Below the pieces are notes generated by a model. The model did not search any database. It was not told where the DNA came from and saw only the letters and a list, made by a program, of their open reading frames with translations. The translations under genes and the position numbers were made by a program. Positions 1 to 9,952 of a DNA stretch of 64,000 nt are shown here, piece after piece. Each line of letters starts with the position of its first letter. The first letter of the stretch is position 1. The DNA is taken from positions 94,719 to 158,718 of the forward strand of contig JAEWKH010000066.1 of NCBI GenBank assembly GCA_023386155.1. The letters run 5' to 3'. This stretch comes from Pseudomonadota bacterium. Its GTDB lineage: Bacteria > Pseudomonadota > Alphaproteobacteria > Rhizobiales > Beijerinckiaceae.

Positions 1-790
1 CGTACAGCCAGCGTTCGATCCCAAATGCGACGCAACCAGTAAAGGCAGGAGTGTGATCGGAAGTGGTGATGTTGCAGCGCTCACCGAAGAAATTTCGATG
101 GAAGTTCAGCGACGCGATCGCTAGGCCCGACCCATAGACGAACTCCTCCTTCGTTGGGAACAACTTCGCCATGAGCGCGCGCGCACCAGTAACCTTGTCA
201 GCCTCACCAGTCGGCTGGAAGAATGGATCGGCTGCGGTCTCGATTTTCAAGTCAAGTTGAAGCGCGGCTGAGAAATCCAGGACTTTCTTCTTGAAAGACG
301 CGAGGTGCTCGACAACTGCGGAGTGCTCTCCGATGCAAACGATCTCACGCATAGAAAATCCTCGCATACGTGAGAGGCCAGAATACTCGCGCTCGTTCCG
401 AAAACAGGTCGCAACGGTGGTGACATACTTTGCCGCATCGAGTCTGGAGTTCTTGAGATGCAGATAAATCGAATAGCAAGCTGCCGAAGGTAACATATAT
501 TCGGAATCGACCAGGTGTGTCGAAGGAACCGAACAGGTACATCCGGGCGCTTGATACTCAGAGAGGTGGTTGGGATTGATCTGACTCGTAACTGTCGCGA
601 GATGAGGGAAATTCTGAAAGTAGTCGAAGCGGCCGAGATCGCTGATGCGTAAGAGAGGGGGGAAGAGCATATGAGCCGCGCCAATCTCTGAAGCCCACCG
701 CAAGAAGCGCTCTTCGAGCAGCGTTCGCACTTCAACGAGCTCCGCGCCTAGGGTCGCGAGTCCACCGTCCACGTGAAGTAACTCAGTCAC
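1..790 (-). CDS. amino acid--[carrier protein] ligase-like protein (truncated class II, SerRS-type aminoacyl-tRNA synthetase catalytic core); the 3' end runs off the window
   Basis: Absent from the supplied ORF track because it is edge-truncated. My translation of the reverse strand from GTG at 790 (GGAGGA just upstream) stays open to position 1: VTELLHVDGGLATLG...FPPLLRISDLGRFDYFQNFPHL...AACYSIYLHL...TCFRNEREYSGLSRMRGFSMREIVCIG...FTGCVAFGIERWLY. FRNE fits class II motif 2 and GIERW fits motif 3. Cys/Glu/Cys fall where the Zn ligands of methanogen-type SerRS lie. No tRNA-binding arm is present. Confidence 0.6.
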   Translation of the reverse strand, partial: MTELLHVDGGLATLGAELVEVRTLLEERFLRWASEIGAAHMLFPPLLRISDLGRFDYFQNFPHLATVTSQINPNHLSEYQAPGCTCSVPSTHLVDSEYMLPSAACYSIYLHLKNSRLDAAKYVTTVATCFRNEREYSGLSRMRGFSMREIVCIGEHSAVVEHLASFKKKVLDFSAALQLDLKIETAADPFFQPTGEADKVTGARALMAKLFPTKEEFVYGSGLAIASLNFHRNFFGERCNITTSDHTPAFTGCVAFGIERWLY

Positions 791-832
791 TGGATTCCTC
801 CATCTATGGCTCGAGGGAGCTGGAAAAAACTA

Positions 833-1789
833 TCAGCCCCGCACGACGAGTGGCTCGCTGACTTCACGAAAATTTCGGAAGCGAAGCACCAATTCCTGAT
901 ACGAGTTGATTCCTTCAGCGCCGAATCGTGCGCGGAACATTAGATCATACATTTCGAGTTCGTCGGAACTGAGCTGGTGGGCATGGTCATCCAGGTTTAC
1001 CTTGCTAACGCCCTCGCCGTCGCCGAAGGTCAACGGGTCAAAGCGGTTGCCCACTGCCATCGCCTCCTTCGAAGTCTTTTGCGCGATTCCGGCTACGACA
1101 GTTTCATCGACCTCGATTCCAAGCCAGCGAGCTAAGCTTCGAACCGTTGCCTCCTTCTTCTTCGTCAAGTCGTCGTACGTCAGAAAGAAGATGTTGTCGT
1201 TGCCCGCCTTCATCTGCGAATAAACGAACCAAAGCTCATCGATATGGAACCGAGCCGATTTCTTAAGTGCTCGGCGCTTAAACACGTTCCAATCGAGGTG
1301 GCGTTGATACCATCGCTGCCAGCGCACCCGTGGCACGAACTCCCGCGCCCAAGCAAACCATGATCGAAAATAGCCCGGGAAATCACGCGACATCCAGATT
1401 TGGCGCGTAATCCCGGCCTCTCGTAACGACTGCTCGATGTCAAGAAGCCGCCCGTTGACCTTGTAGAGCTGATATTCTCCGTCCTGCCGTGCATTGAAAT
1501 TCTGCGCGATCTGCCTCGCCGGAAACGAGAGCATCGGTACAAGGTCGAAATCGTTGCGGAAGTTTTGAATCGTGTTGCGCGTGTTAACCAGCGCGGTCAC
1601 ATAGCAGAGGAGAGTCGAGCCGCACTTCGGCAGCGTCACAATCGCGACGCATTCCTTATCGAGCTTCGACACACGAAGCGTGCGGAGATGTAGCTTCGCT
1701 ATACCCGAGTCCCATCGCGGTGTCGCAAGCATGTCAATTCTGCTCTGCGGGAGGGCCCGCGTCATTAGTGTAGAAAAGATTTTACTCAC
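833..1789 (-). CDS. PAPS-dependent sulfotransferase family protein
   Basis: 318-aa ORF. VTLPKCGSTLL matches the 5'-phosphosulfate-binding loop (PKxG-S/T-T) of sulfotransferases. FFLTYDDL and the overall length fit the family. It lies about 40 nt upstream of, and co-directional with, the ligase-like gene. Confidence 0.7.
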   Translation of the reverse strand: MSKIFSTLMTRALPQSRIDMLATPRWDSGIAKLHLRTLRVSKLDKECVAIVTLPKCGSTLLCYVTALVNTRNTIQNFRNDFDLVPMLSFPARQIAQNFNARQDGEYQLYKVNGRLLDIEQSLREAGITRQIWMSRDFPGYFRSWFAWAREFVPRVRWQRWYQRHLDWNVFKRRALKKSARFHIDELWFVYSQMKAGNDNIFFLTYDDLTKKKEATVRSLARWLGIEVDETVVAGIAQKTSKEAMAVGNRFDPLTFGDGEGVSKVNLDDHAHQLSSDELEMYDLMFRARFGAEGINSYQELVLRFRNFREVSEPLVVRG

Positions 1790-2043
1790 GGGTCACTCAC
1801 CAAGAAACACTATATTCTATCATTAGCCTAGGGACATTTTCTTAGATCGTCAACGATGCATGATTTCGGCGGGCAGCTTACGAAAATCCCCTTCGCCCTA
1901 GGCGCTTTGCTGGAGAGTGTTCGATTTTCCCGAGTAGCTTGACCGGTGATGATGCTGGCTTGGGGCAAGCTACAGAAGCTATTGGCATGGTGATCTAGGC
2001 AATGTTATAACCAAAGTTAGCTTTGAGACCTCAGGCTATTGGC

Positions 2044-2886
2044 ATGGAAAACCACGACGGATCCACAATTGGGCGGGCAGCGCTGCTTATGGCGTTGTCT
2101 GAAACGTGCGTTCGCGCAGGCGAAGCTATTATGGGCATCTACCGGGCGCAGTTTGCCGTAACCAGCAAAAGTGATGCCTCGCCCGTGACGGAGGCGGATA
2201 CAGCGGCTGAGGCGTTAATTTTGACGGCGCTCGCCACGTTCGCGCCGAATGTGCCTATAGTGGCTGAAGAGGAAGTCGCGTCCGGGCGCATACCCAAGAC
2301 AGCCGGTAGTTTCTTCTTGGTTGATCCGCTCGATGGCACCAAAGAATTCATCGAGCAGCGCGGCGATTTTACTGTTAATATAGCATTGATCGAGAACTAT
2401 ATTCCCAGCTTAGGTGTGGTTTATGCGCCAGCTGAGCGACGGCTATTCGTAGGTGACGTGGCGATCGGGAAAGCATGGAGCGCAAGGGTTGCGGCAGATG
2501 GCACGATTGGCGTTCAAGCTCCACTCCGCATCCGCGCAGCACCGAAAGGCGGGATCACGGCGGTTGCCTCACGCTCCCATAGTTCAGGCCCAACCTACGA
2601 GTATTTGGCGCAATATCCCGTACTGGAATGCGTTTCGCGAGGTTCCAGCCTAAAAATATGCATGGTGGCAGCCGGAGAGGCCGATTTATATCCAAGACTT
2701 ACCCCTACGTGCGAATGGGATATCGCCGCTGGCGATGCTGTGCTGCGTGCGGCGGGCGGAACCCTCAAGGCGTTAGACGGAGAGGATATGCTCTATGGCA
2801 AGGAGAAGTTTTTCAATCCTGGCTTCGTCGCCGTCGGTGATGTGGCAATGCTGCCGATCACATCCTTCGTGAAAGCCTGCCCCTGA
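2044..2886 (+). CDS. cysQ: 3'(2'),5'-bisphosphate nucleotidase (PAP phosphatase), inositol monophosphatase family
   Basis: FFLVDPLDGTKEFI and WDIAAGDAVLRAAGG are the IMPase/CysQ metal-binding and C-terminal motifs. ATG at 2044 is preferred over the TTG at 2023 used by the ORF track. Confidence 0.85.
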   Translation: MENHDGSTIGRAALLMALSETCVRAGEAIMGIYRAQFAVTSKSDASPVTEADTAAEALILTALATFAPNVPIVAEEEVASGRIPKTAGSFFLVDPLDGTKEFIEQRGDFTVNIALIENYIPSLGVVYAPAERRLFVGDVAIGKAWSARVAADGTIGVQAPLRIRAAPKGGITAVASRSHSSGPTYEYLAQYPVLECVSRGSSLKICMVAAGEADLYPRLTPTCEWDIAAGDAVLRAAGGTLKALDGEDMLYGKEKFFNPGFVAVGDVAMLPITSFVKACP

Positions 2887-3478
2887 GGGGAGGCAAAAAG
2901 ACTCATTTCAAAAAAAGCAATTTGCCTTTGGCGTATGAGGGCAACATAAAGACAGCGCCCACCGATTTCCAGCGAGCTGCGGCAACAGATTGGACCGCAA
3001 TGGCACCAACATCAGGGAAGCCGCCTCAGCTATCGATTCTTGCAAATATGTCTCGGCTGTGTACGTACCGCTCGGTACAGTTCGAGACGGCTTTGTCAAT
3101 GGAAGCCCTTAGCTCCCGGCGCAGCAAAATGCGCGTAAACGATCTGACGTCCTGCATTGAATGATATAAAGTATTATTGCAAAACAACGACAATTATCCT
3201 ACGTTGCCACTGAGTTTAGGCGGGTAACATACGGCTTGTCCCAGCTTCTGGCAGAACCCCGGGCAGGTACGGCAATATGTTCAAGTTGGGAATTGTGTTG
3301 TCTCGGTGCCAAGAGGGCTGCTCCTAAAATTCGGGCAATGAAATAACGTTATATTAGGCGCTGCCCAGCGGTTCTATCAGTACGATCCCCTTACCCAACT
3401 GATTGGCTTAGGTGACCGACACATGGTGAGAACTGGAGCCACGAATTGGATCGTAGTCGGTGAATAGGAGGCGCTGAG

Positions 3479-4933
3479 GTGGGCATCAACCTAGGCATAT
3501 GGGCTCTTCATAGTGGCGAAGAGAACGCAGCGGCCATTGAAGACCCGAGTAAATGTTGCTCATACAAGGAGGCGCGCGCAAGAGCAGCGCGCATCGCGGC
3601 AGGCCTTTATGCTGCTGGAGTGCGTCCGGGAGACAGTGTTGCTCTCCTTGTCTCGAATTCAGTGCGGGCCGCTTTGAGTGTCCTCGGAATATGGACTGCA
3701 GGAGCTTCGATCATATCCTTCCGGACCGATCTTACGAGCTCCGAGATCGCGCTCTGCCTTGATCTTTGGCCAGCCAAATGGGTCCTGACGTCGACACACT
3801 ATGCTGATCGTTTCGCAAAATCACCAAGTCATATTTGCGTGCTCGACATCGACGAAGTGGAAATGGGAGGAGACAGCTTTATTAGCCCGACGGTGCCTCT
3901 CGATACACCTGCGATAGTGCTTTTTACCTCAGGAAGCACCGGAGAGCCGAAAGCTGTGATCCATTCAGCAAGATCTATGGCATCACAAACCGTTCGAAGA
4001 GAGCCCTATAGAGCGGCGACCATCGCATCCATTGGTTCTGCATTCAACAACGTTCTTCAAACGCTGCAAGCAGGTGGCACCCATATTTTTCTCGAGGAAT
4101 CTGTAACAGGAAGCCAGCTTGCGAAGGCGCTGCTGCATCATCGCGCGGAGCAGGCGCGGCTGTCTACCAATGCTGTTATGTCGCTTGTTGAGGCCGGTCA
4201 GCGATTGGGACCATCCGTGCGTCGACTCATTTGTGGTGGGGACTTCGTGTCGGCCAAATTTCAGCAGCGTGCAAGCGATGCATTGGGGCTTCATGTCATA
4301 CAGGCCTATGGGGCTACCGAGGCCTTCGCCATGACCAGAGGAAATGAAGAGACTCCGCCAGGATCAATCGGTCGGACGCTTCCACAAGTCGAGCTGCAGC
4401 TGCGGTCAGAAGAGGATGGCTCTGTGGTCTCCGGAGTAGGGCAGGGCCTAGCATGGGTTCGCTCACCTAAACTGTTCATGGGGTACGGCAATCGTGGAGC
4501 GATAGAGAGGCCGTTCGACCAAGATGGCTGGTTCAAGACGGGCGACGTGCTCCGCCGGGATAATGATCAAAACTATTACTTCTTGTCGCGTGTGACGAAT
4601 TATTTGAAAATTAAAAACGAGAAAGTGAGCTCTCACGAGATCGAAGACGTTCTTCGTCGGGACGCCGTTGTCAGGAATGCTTATGCGACCTGCCTGAAGC
4701 TTTCAGGCGAACGAGATACAGTCGTGGCCGTTTTGGAATTGGATCAGTTTGACGATCATCTTGCTGCGCGATTGAGATCGCTCATGGATACAAACCTATC
4801 CACATTCAAGCATCCAGAGATTGTCTACACGACGAGTTCATTTCCCTATTCCGCAGCGGGAAAAATTGATGCACGAGCACTGGAAGTCCTGATTCAGTCG
4901 GGGCGTCTGCGTCAGATCATTCCTGCCTCCTGA
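3479..4933 (+). CDS. stand-alone adenylate-forming enzyme (AMP-dependent ligase / acyl-CoA or acyl-carrier ligase family)
   Basis: LFTSGSTGEPKAV (A3), QAYGATEA (A5), GWFKTGDV (A7) and PYSAAGKIDARAL (A10). GTG start preceded by AGGAGG. Confidence 0.85.
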   Translation: MGINLGIWALHSGEENAAAIEDPSKCCSYKEARARAARIAAGLYAAGVRPGDSVALLVSNSVRAALSVLGIWTAGASIISFRTDLTSSEIALCLDLWPAKWVLTSTHYADRFAKSPSHICVLDIDEVEMGGDSFISPTVPLDTPAIVLFTSGSTGEPKAVIHSARSMASQTVRREPYRAATIASIGSAFNNVLQTLQAGGTHIFLEESVTGSQLAKALLHHRAEQARLSTNAVMSLVEAGQRLGPSVRRLICGGDFVSAKFQQRASDALGLHVIQAYGATEAFAMTRGNEETPPGSIGRTLPQVELQLRSEEDGSVVSGVGQGLAWVRSPKLFMGYGNRGAIERPFDQDGWFKTGDVLRRDNDQNYYFLSRVTNYLKIKNEKVSSHEIEDVLRRDAVVRNAYATCLKLSGERDTVVAVLELDQFDDHLAARLRSLMDTNLSTFKHPEIVYTTSSFPYSAAGKIDARALEVLIQSGRLRQIIPAS

Positions 4934-4974
4934 TATGTATTCCGATTCCTTCCAACGCTGAGTATGTCCGAGTC

Positions 4975-6648
4975 ATGACTGCAGAATTGATGGTACGTAA
5001 CGAGGCTCTCGATCATATCCGAGCTTGGCTCCGGAAGAGACATCCCAAGCTTCGCGAAGCCGATCTTGATCTTGACCGAGATCTCATCGAATACAGAGTG
5101 ATCGACTCGCTATCCTTCATGGAATTCATCTTATACATTGAGGAGCTTCGCGGTCGTGAAATTGATCCTACAGCGGTTACAGCCGCTAGCGTTCGTACCC
5201 TGCGGTCCATCTGTGACACGTTCTTTGCCGAGCTTCCGGCCGTGGACCTAAGAGGCTCTCGCAGCCTCGAAGATCCCGCTGCGATGCCGCCCGAAGATGG
5301 GCAGGCGGACCAGCCGCTCACCCACTCGCAAGCGAACTGGTATTATTACGACCTTGATCATCCTGAGACGACTTCTTGGATGATGCCTACCCTTCTGCGA
5401 ATCCGGGGAAAACTTGATACTTCGCGACTAACGAAAGCGATCGAAGAACTCGTATGTCGGCACGACGGACTGAGGATACGGCTCAAGATCGACGGTGGCG
5501 CTCCGCGACAATCCCTCGTGCCTCCTTTCGTTCCAGATCTACCCGTGACAGTCCTCGAGAACCAACTTGATAAAGACCTGTGGACTGCGGCGCTCGAGGT
5601 AGTCTCCCAAGAATGCGCTCGACCTGCTGATCCAGAAGCTGGGCCTCCTTGGCGGGCACGACTTATACGCCTAGACATGGATGACCATCTTTTGGTCATC
5701 ACACTGGCTCACATCTTGGTCGATTTAGAAGCGTTGATTGCAATCCCGAACCAGGTAGCATTGTTCTATGCAGCGCTTGGAGATGAGTCTTCGCTCGCAT
5801 CGGTGCCCTATCCGCCAATGCAGTACTCCCAATTCGCGGCATGGCATCGTGCTTGGCTCACGAGTCCCGAAGGACTGTCTCAGATCCAACATCGTCGCGA
5901 GCAGCTCGCAGGAGCCGACGAGTTTAACCTCGGAGCACCATTCAGAACGCGCAATACAAAAGAAGAGGACCGCCGTCTTATTCCTTTGCCTGTTGCAAAC
6001 CAGGCAGAGAGTCTTGCGGCCGAGGAGCGAGCAACATCTGTTGTGGTGGGCCTCTCAGCCTATGTGGCGATGCTCAATCGCACCTTTGGCCACCGTGACA
6101 TGACCGTCTCTCTAAATCTCGGCTTTCGAACTAAAGAAGCCGGCAGAGCAACAACGGGGGTCATCGGCTGCTTTACGAACCAACAGCCGTTGCGAATTTC
6201 GGTTGATCCGAAGCTGTCATTTCGGGAGCTTGTACGCGAAGTCCGACCGATCGTCCTCGACGCATTCAAACATCGCTATGTCCCCACGCGCCTCATTCTG
6301 GATGCGCAAAATCCCCTTGATAGCCCCCTCGCAGCTGTGACCTTCAACTGGATGAATCTTACGGACTATGACGATGAAGCCGCAGAGGTTCAGAGTAGTG
6401 AAGTCGCAATGAAGCCCATCATCTTGGGGCTCGACGAACCGACACGGTCGCTTTATGGCGGAATCGCAAAGCACACGGCGCTAACCATTCGAGCGGTTCG
6501 GACTAAACGGGGTGTCGAGACGTTCTTGGCGACCACAGTCGAGGTGCTCGGGGCTGGTGCGGCAGCGCGCTTGGGCGGTGACTACGAGCGCTGGTTCTAT
6601 GCGACTACAACGAGTCCTGATCGGGCACTAGAAGAGCTTGAGGTCTGA
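4975..6648 (+). CDS. NRPS-like didomain protein: N-terminal carrier (PCP/ACP) domain plus condensation domain
   Basis: The N-terminus has a phosphopantetheine-site-like VIDSLSFMEFILYIEEL. Downstream are LTHSQANWYYY (C1-like), LVCRHDGLRIRL (C2-like) and ITLAHILVDLEA (HHxxxD-type C3 with His and Asp retained). Confidence 0.7.
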   Translation: MTAELMVRNEALDHIRAWLRKRHPKLREADLDLDRDLIEYRVIDSLSFMEFILYIEELRGREIDPTAVTAASVRTLRSICDTFFAELPAVDLRGSRSLEDPAAMPPEDGQADQPLTHSQANWYYYDLDHPETTSWMMPTLLRIRGKLDTSRLTKAIEELVCRHDGLRIRLKIDGGAPRQSLVPPFVPDLPVTVLENQLDKDLWTAALEVVSQECARPADPEAGPPWRARLIRLDMDDHLLVITLAHILVDLEALIAIPNQVALFYAALGDESSLASVPYPPMQYSQFAAWHRAWLTSPEGLSQIQHRREQLAGADEFNLGAPFRTRNTKEEDRRLIPLPVANQAESLAAEERATSVVVGLSAYVAMLNRTFGHRDMTVSLNLGFRTKEAGRATTGVIGCFTNQQPLRISVDPKLSFRELVREVRPIVLDAFKHRYVPTRLILDAQNPLDSPLAAVTFNWMNLTDYDDEAAEVQSSEVAMKPIILGLDEPTRSLYGGIAKHTALTIRAVRTKRGVETFLATTVEVLGAGAAARLGGDYERWFYATTTSPDRALEELEV

Positions 6649-6817
6649 GATAGAGAATCTCGACGAGATGCTTAATGATCGGCGCAGGTCCGGCATTTCA
6701 GTGACAGCTGCAACTTATTCAAGGTCGAGTTGTCAAGCGAGGGGACAGTCAAGCTGTCAAGGATTGGGTGAGGTCCTTTCCCACGCTATTGCATCAGCTC
6801 CCAATTGAGCAGTCTGT

Positions 6818-7444
6818 TCATTGCTTCAAGTTTGTACGGATCAGACCTCTGAGGGAGTTCCCGACAAATAGAGTTCCCATCTTGATATCATCAAGGTTGA
6901 TATAGGCGACCTTAGCTTTGCACTGACGAATGAGATCGGCACGTAGAACACCAGCAAGAAGGCCGCAAGAAATGGGTGGGGTGCGGAGCACCCCAGATCC
7001 ATCATCCAGGAATACTGAGGTAATAGTGCCTTCACATATCTCGCCTCTTTCGTTTAGCATTATTACCTCATCTGCCTCCTGCAATGTGTACTCCGCACGT
7101 GCCTGTTCATAAACTGCTCGACGTGTAGTCTTAATGCGCAGCAACCTATCGGCCGACAACAGGCGAGTTGTGGCGATCCTAGCAGTCCAAGTAACGTCAG
7201 GGGACATAGGCATTAGCGAAGCTGTTGTAATGTCGACCTGACCCTTTGCATTGAACGCAACGCGTACGCGGAGGCACTCAGATGCGTTGCGAACGGCTTC
7301 GGAAAGGAGTGAAGAGACCTGCTCTGTACCTGGAAATCCGATGAGCCGCGCTGAGCGTGCAATTCGGGTAAGATGCAGGTTCAACCGAATAAATCCGACA
7401 TTGGGTTCGTAACGGAGTGTTTCGATCAAAGAGAATTCTGACAT
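6818..7444 (-). CDS. short class IV aminotransferase-fold protein, aminodeoxychorismate lyase (PabC)-like
   Basis: 208 aa. LIETLRYEPNVGFIRLNLHLTRIARSARLIGFP resembles the N-terminus of short PabC-type proteins. A fused PabAB gene lies nearby. Confidence 0.6.
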   Translation of the reverse strand: MSEFSLIETLRYEPNVGFIRLNLHLTRIARSARLIGFPGTEQVSSLLSEAVRNASECLRVRVAFNAKGQVDITTASLMPMSPDVTWTARIATTRLLSADRLLRIKTTRRAVYEQARAEYTLQEADEVIMLNERGEICEGTITSVFLDDGSGVLRTPPISCGLLAGVLRADLIRQCKAKVAYINLDDIKMGTLFVGNSLRGLIRTNLKQ

Positions 7445-8035
7445 TTGAGATGCTCACCTATAATCTTATCGTAATGCCAATGAGGTGATCCTGGCACAAT
7501 CTGAGTGCGTCTAGTACCCGACTGCTACCTGTCGCCTAGGGCGGAGACGAGAATTCCCAGTCGCAACCTCCTTGACGTGGTCCACCTGATCATCCTTTTT
7601 GACAGCAGGAGATGATCCGCGATTTCCTCATATCTCTAGAATGGGCTGCCTCTACGACTGGCATGATCTACGTTTTCTGCACGTTGACCTTGTGAAGTTG
7701 TGAGGCGATCGATGCCGCTTCGCTTTTTCCTCGCCCATTTGATGTCCTTCTTAGGCTCGCAGGTCCTTCCTCGATAAGTATCACTTTTAGGATGCCTGTA
7801 CCCTTAAGGAAGATTCCTGCGCATGCTGATAGTTCTGTTATAACCGAGCATTGACAATTGCCAACGACAACGTCAGCATAAAGTCCTAAGGGATTGCCGA
7901 CATGTTTCTAAGGTCGGCAACAGATCGAGTTCATGGATTCATGAATAACCTCGTTAGTGCCGATCACTTACGCAAATATAGGCAAGCGTATAACCCAGAA
8001 GCTTGCCAGTATCCCCTCTGGCATCCGGACCTTGC

Positions 8036-8962
8036 ATGCTGCCAGTAGTATCAATTACCAATCTCTCAAAGACATATGAGGCGGGTTCTCAAGCCCTCAA
8101 GCGCGTCAACCTCGATATTCGCCGCGGCGAGATTTTGGCCTTACTTGGTCCCAATGGGGCGGGAAAGACCACTCTCATTAGCATCGTGTGCGGTATCGTT
8201 AAACCTTCCGAAGGAACGGTGGCGGTTGGCGGTCACGACATTGTCAAGCAGTCCCGTGCGGCACGTACGAAAATCGGCCTCGTACCCCAGGAGCTCGCCA
8301 CCGACGCATTTGAGAAAGTGTGGAATGCCGTGGCGTTCTCGCGTCGCTTGTTTGGTATGCGTGCTGACCCCGACTACTTGGCCAAGGTGCTCAAAGACCT
8401 TTCACTGTGGGACAAGCGAAACAGCCGCATCATGACGCTCTCGGGAGGTATGAAGCGACGATTGATGATTGCCAAGGCACTGGCACACGAACCGGAAATC
8501 TTATTTCTCGACGAGCCAACCGCTGGTGTGGATGTGGAGTTGCGCAAGGACATGTGGGAAATCCTGCGTACGCTGCAGGCAAAGGGTGTCACCATCATTC
8601 TCACCACACACTATATTGAAGAGGCCGAGAACCTAGCCGATCGAGTCTGCGTCATCCATCGCGGTGAGATCCTGTTGGTGGAGGAGAAAGCCGAGCTCAT
8701 GTCAAAGTTGGGCAAGAAACAGATGAAAATGCATCTGCTCAACAAGCTCGATACAATCCCTAGAGAACTCAACGGCTATCCATTGGCGTTGAGCGCAGAT
8801 GGTCATGAGCTCGTCTTCACATATGATAGCCAAAGCGAACAGGCCGGAATCACGGCGCTATTTGATGATTTGAAAGCCGTTGGGATCGCGTTTGCCGACT
8901 TGAGCACAAATAAAAGCTCGCTTGAGGAAATTTTTGTTGATTTGGTAAGGCAGCAATCGTGA
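8036..8962 (+). CDS. ABC transporter ATP-binding protein (ABC-2 exporter type)
   Basis: Walker [10 protein letters not shown], signature LSGGMKRR, Walker [16 protein letters not shown] at 8036 is preferred over the upstream TTG. Confidence 0.9.
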   Translation: MLPVVSITNLSKTYEAGSQALKRVNLDIRRGEILALLGPNGAGKTTLISIVCGIVKPSEGTVAVGGHDIVKQSRAARTKIGLVPQELATDAFEKVWNAVAFSRRLFGMRADPDYLAKVLKDLSLWDKRNSRIMTLSGGMKRRLMIAKALAHEPEILFLDEPTAGVDVELRKDMWEILRTLQAKGVTIILTTHYIEEAENLADRVCVIHRGEILLVEEKAELMSKLGKKQMKMHLLNKLDTIPRELNGYPLALSADGHELVFTYDSQSEQAGITALFDDLKAVGIAFADLSTNKSSLEEIFVDLVRQQS

Positions 8963-9726
8963 GCTTCAACTATCGGGCCGTCTACGCTATTTTCATGTTT
9001 GAGCTGTCCCGTTCGCGGCGTACTCTGCTGCAGAGGCTCGTCTCGCCAGTGATTTCGACTGCGCTTTACATTGTTGTGTTCGGCGCAGCGATCGGCTCTC
9101 GGATCAGCGATATTGATGGCGTGGAGTATGGCGCTTTTATCGTGCCAGGACTGGTCATGCTGATACTGCTGACCCAGAGTGTCGCCCACGCCTCGTTCGG
9201 AATATATTTTCCGCGATTCACCGGAACCATCTACGAAATCCTGTCTGCACCGGTGTCCTACGTTGAGCTTGTCATCGGCTATGTAGGATTTGCTGCCAGC
9301 AAGGCGATTTTCCTTGGAATCCTGATCCTCGCCACCGCTGCCCTCTTCGTGCCGCTACGCATCGCCCATCCAATATGGATGGTATCGTTTTTGGTGCTGA
9401 CCGCAATCGCATTCAGCTTGCTTGGTTTCATCATTGGGCTCTGGGCGGACGGATTTGAGAAGCTCCAGGTTATCCCTATGCTGGTGATAACACCGCTTAC
9501 GTTCCTGGGAGGAGCATTCTACTCTACGAGCGTACTGCCGCCGGTTTGGCAAACGATGACGCGGCTCAATCCGATCTTCTACCTAATCAGCGGCTTGCGG
9601 TGGAGCTTTTTCGAGATTGCTGACGTCGGCGTCGGCGTGAGCCTAGCAATGACGCTACTGTTTCTCCTTATATGCCTTGTGGTGGTATGGTGGATATTCA
9701 AGACCGGGTATCGACTGCGGGCGTGA
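8959..9726 (+). CDS. ABC-2 type transporter permease
   Basis: 255-aa polytopic membrane protein. Its GTG start overlaps the ATPase stop by 4 nt (GTGA). Six hydrophobic segments, as is typical of the YadH/NodJ-like ABC-2 family. Confidence 0.8.
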   Translation: MSFNYRAVYAIFMFELSRSRRTLLQRLVSPVISTALYIVVFGAAIGSRISDIDGVEYGAFIVPGLVMLILLTQSVAHASFGIYFPRFTGTIYEILSAPVSYVELVIGYVGFAASKAIFLGILILATAALFVPLRIAHPIWMVSFLVLTAIAFSLLGFIIGLWADGFEKLQVIPMLVITPLTFLGGAFYSTSVLPPVWQTMTRLNPIFYLISGLRWSFFEIADVGVGVSLAMTLLFLLICLVVVWWIFKTGYRLRA

Positions 9727-9952
9727 GGGCAGCATTGCCCGTAGTCCTCCGAGCGCCCTTCACACGTGATGACGGCGCCCAGTATCGTGCAAGGACCGAT
9801 ATGACATCTAATAGATGTCTGATCTTAGGCAGAGGTGATGATGTCCGTTGCCTTGAGCCTATAGGTAAACTTGGCTGGTTCTGACGGTTTAAGACAAGCG
9901 GCGCCATCGTGTTCAATATTGAAATCACGCTCATACAACTAGGTCACCGACA

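Noticed and set aside
247-735. 162-aa and 65-aa minus-strand ORFs from the ORF track
   Set aside because: They are out-of-frame shadows inside the edge-truncated aaRS-like gene (1-790). That gene reads cleanly in another minus frame with class II aaRS motifs. The track ORFs give low-complexity Ser/Arg/Leu-rich products.
833-9726. Interpretation as nodulation genes (nodH-like sulfotransferase, nodIJ-like ABC-2 exporter)
   Set aside because: No nodABC-type chitooligosaccharide synthesis genes and no nod box were recognised. The surrounding genes (adenylating enzyme, PCP-C, pab genes) point to a different product. The similarity is only at family level.
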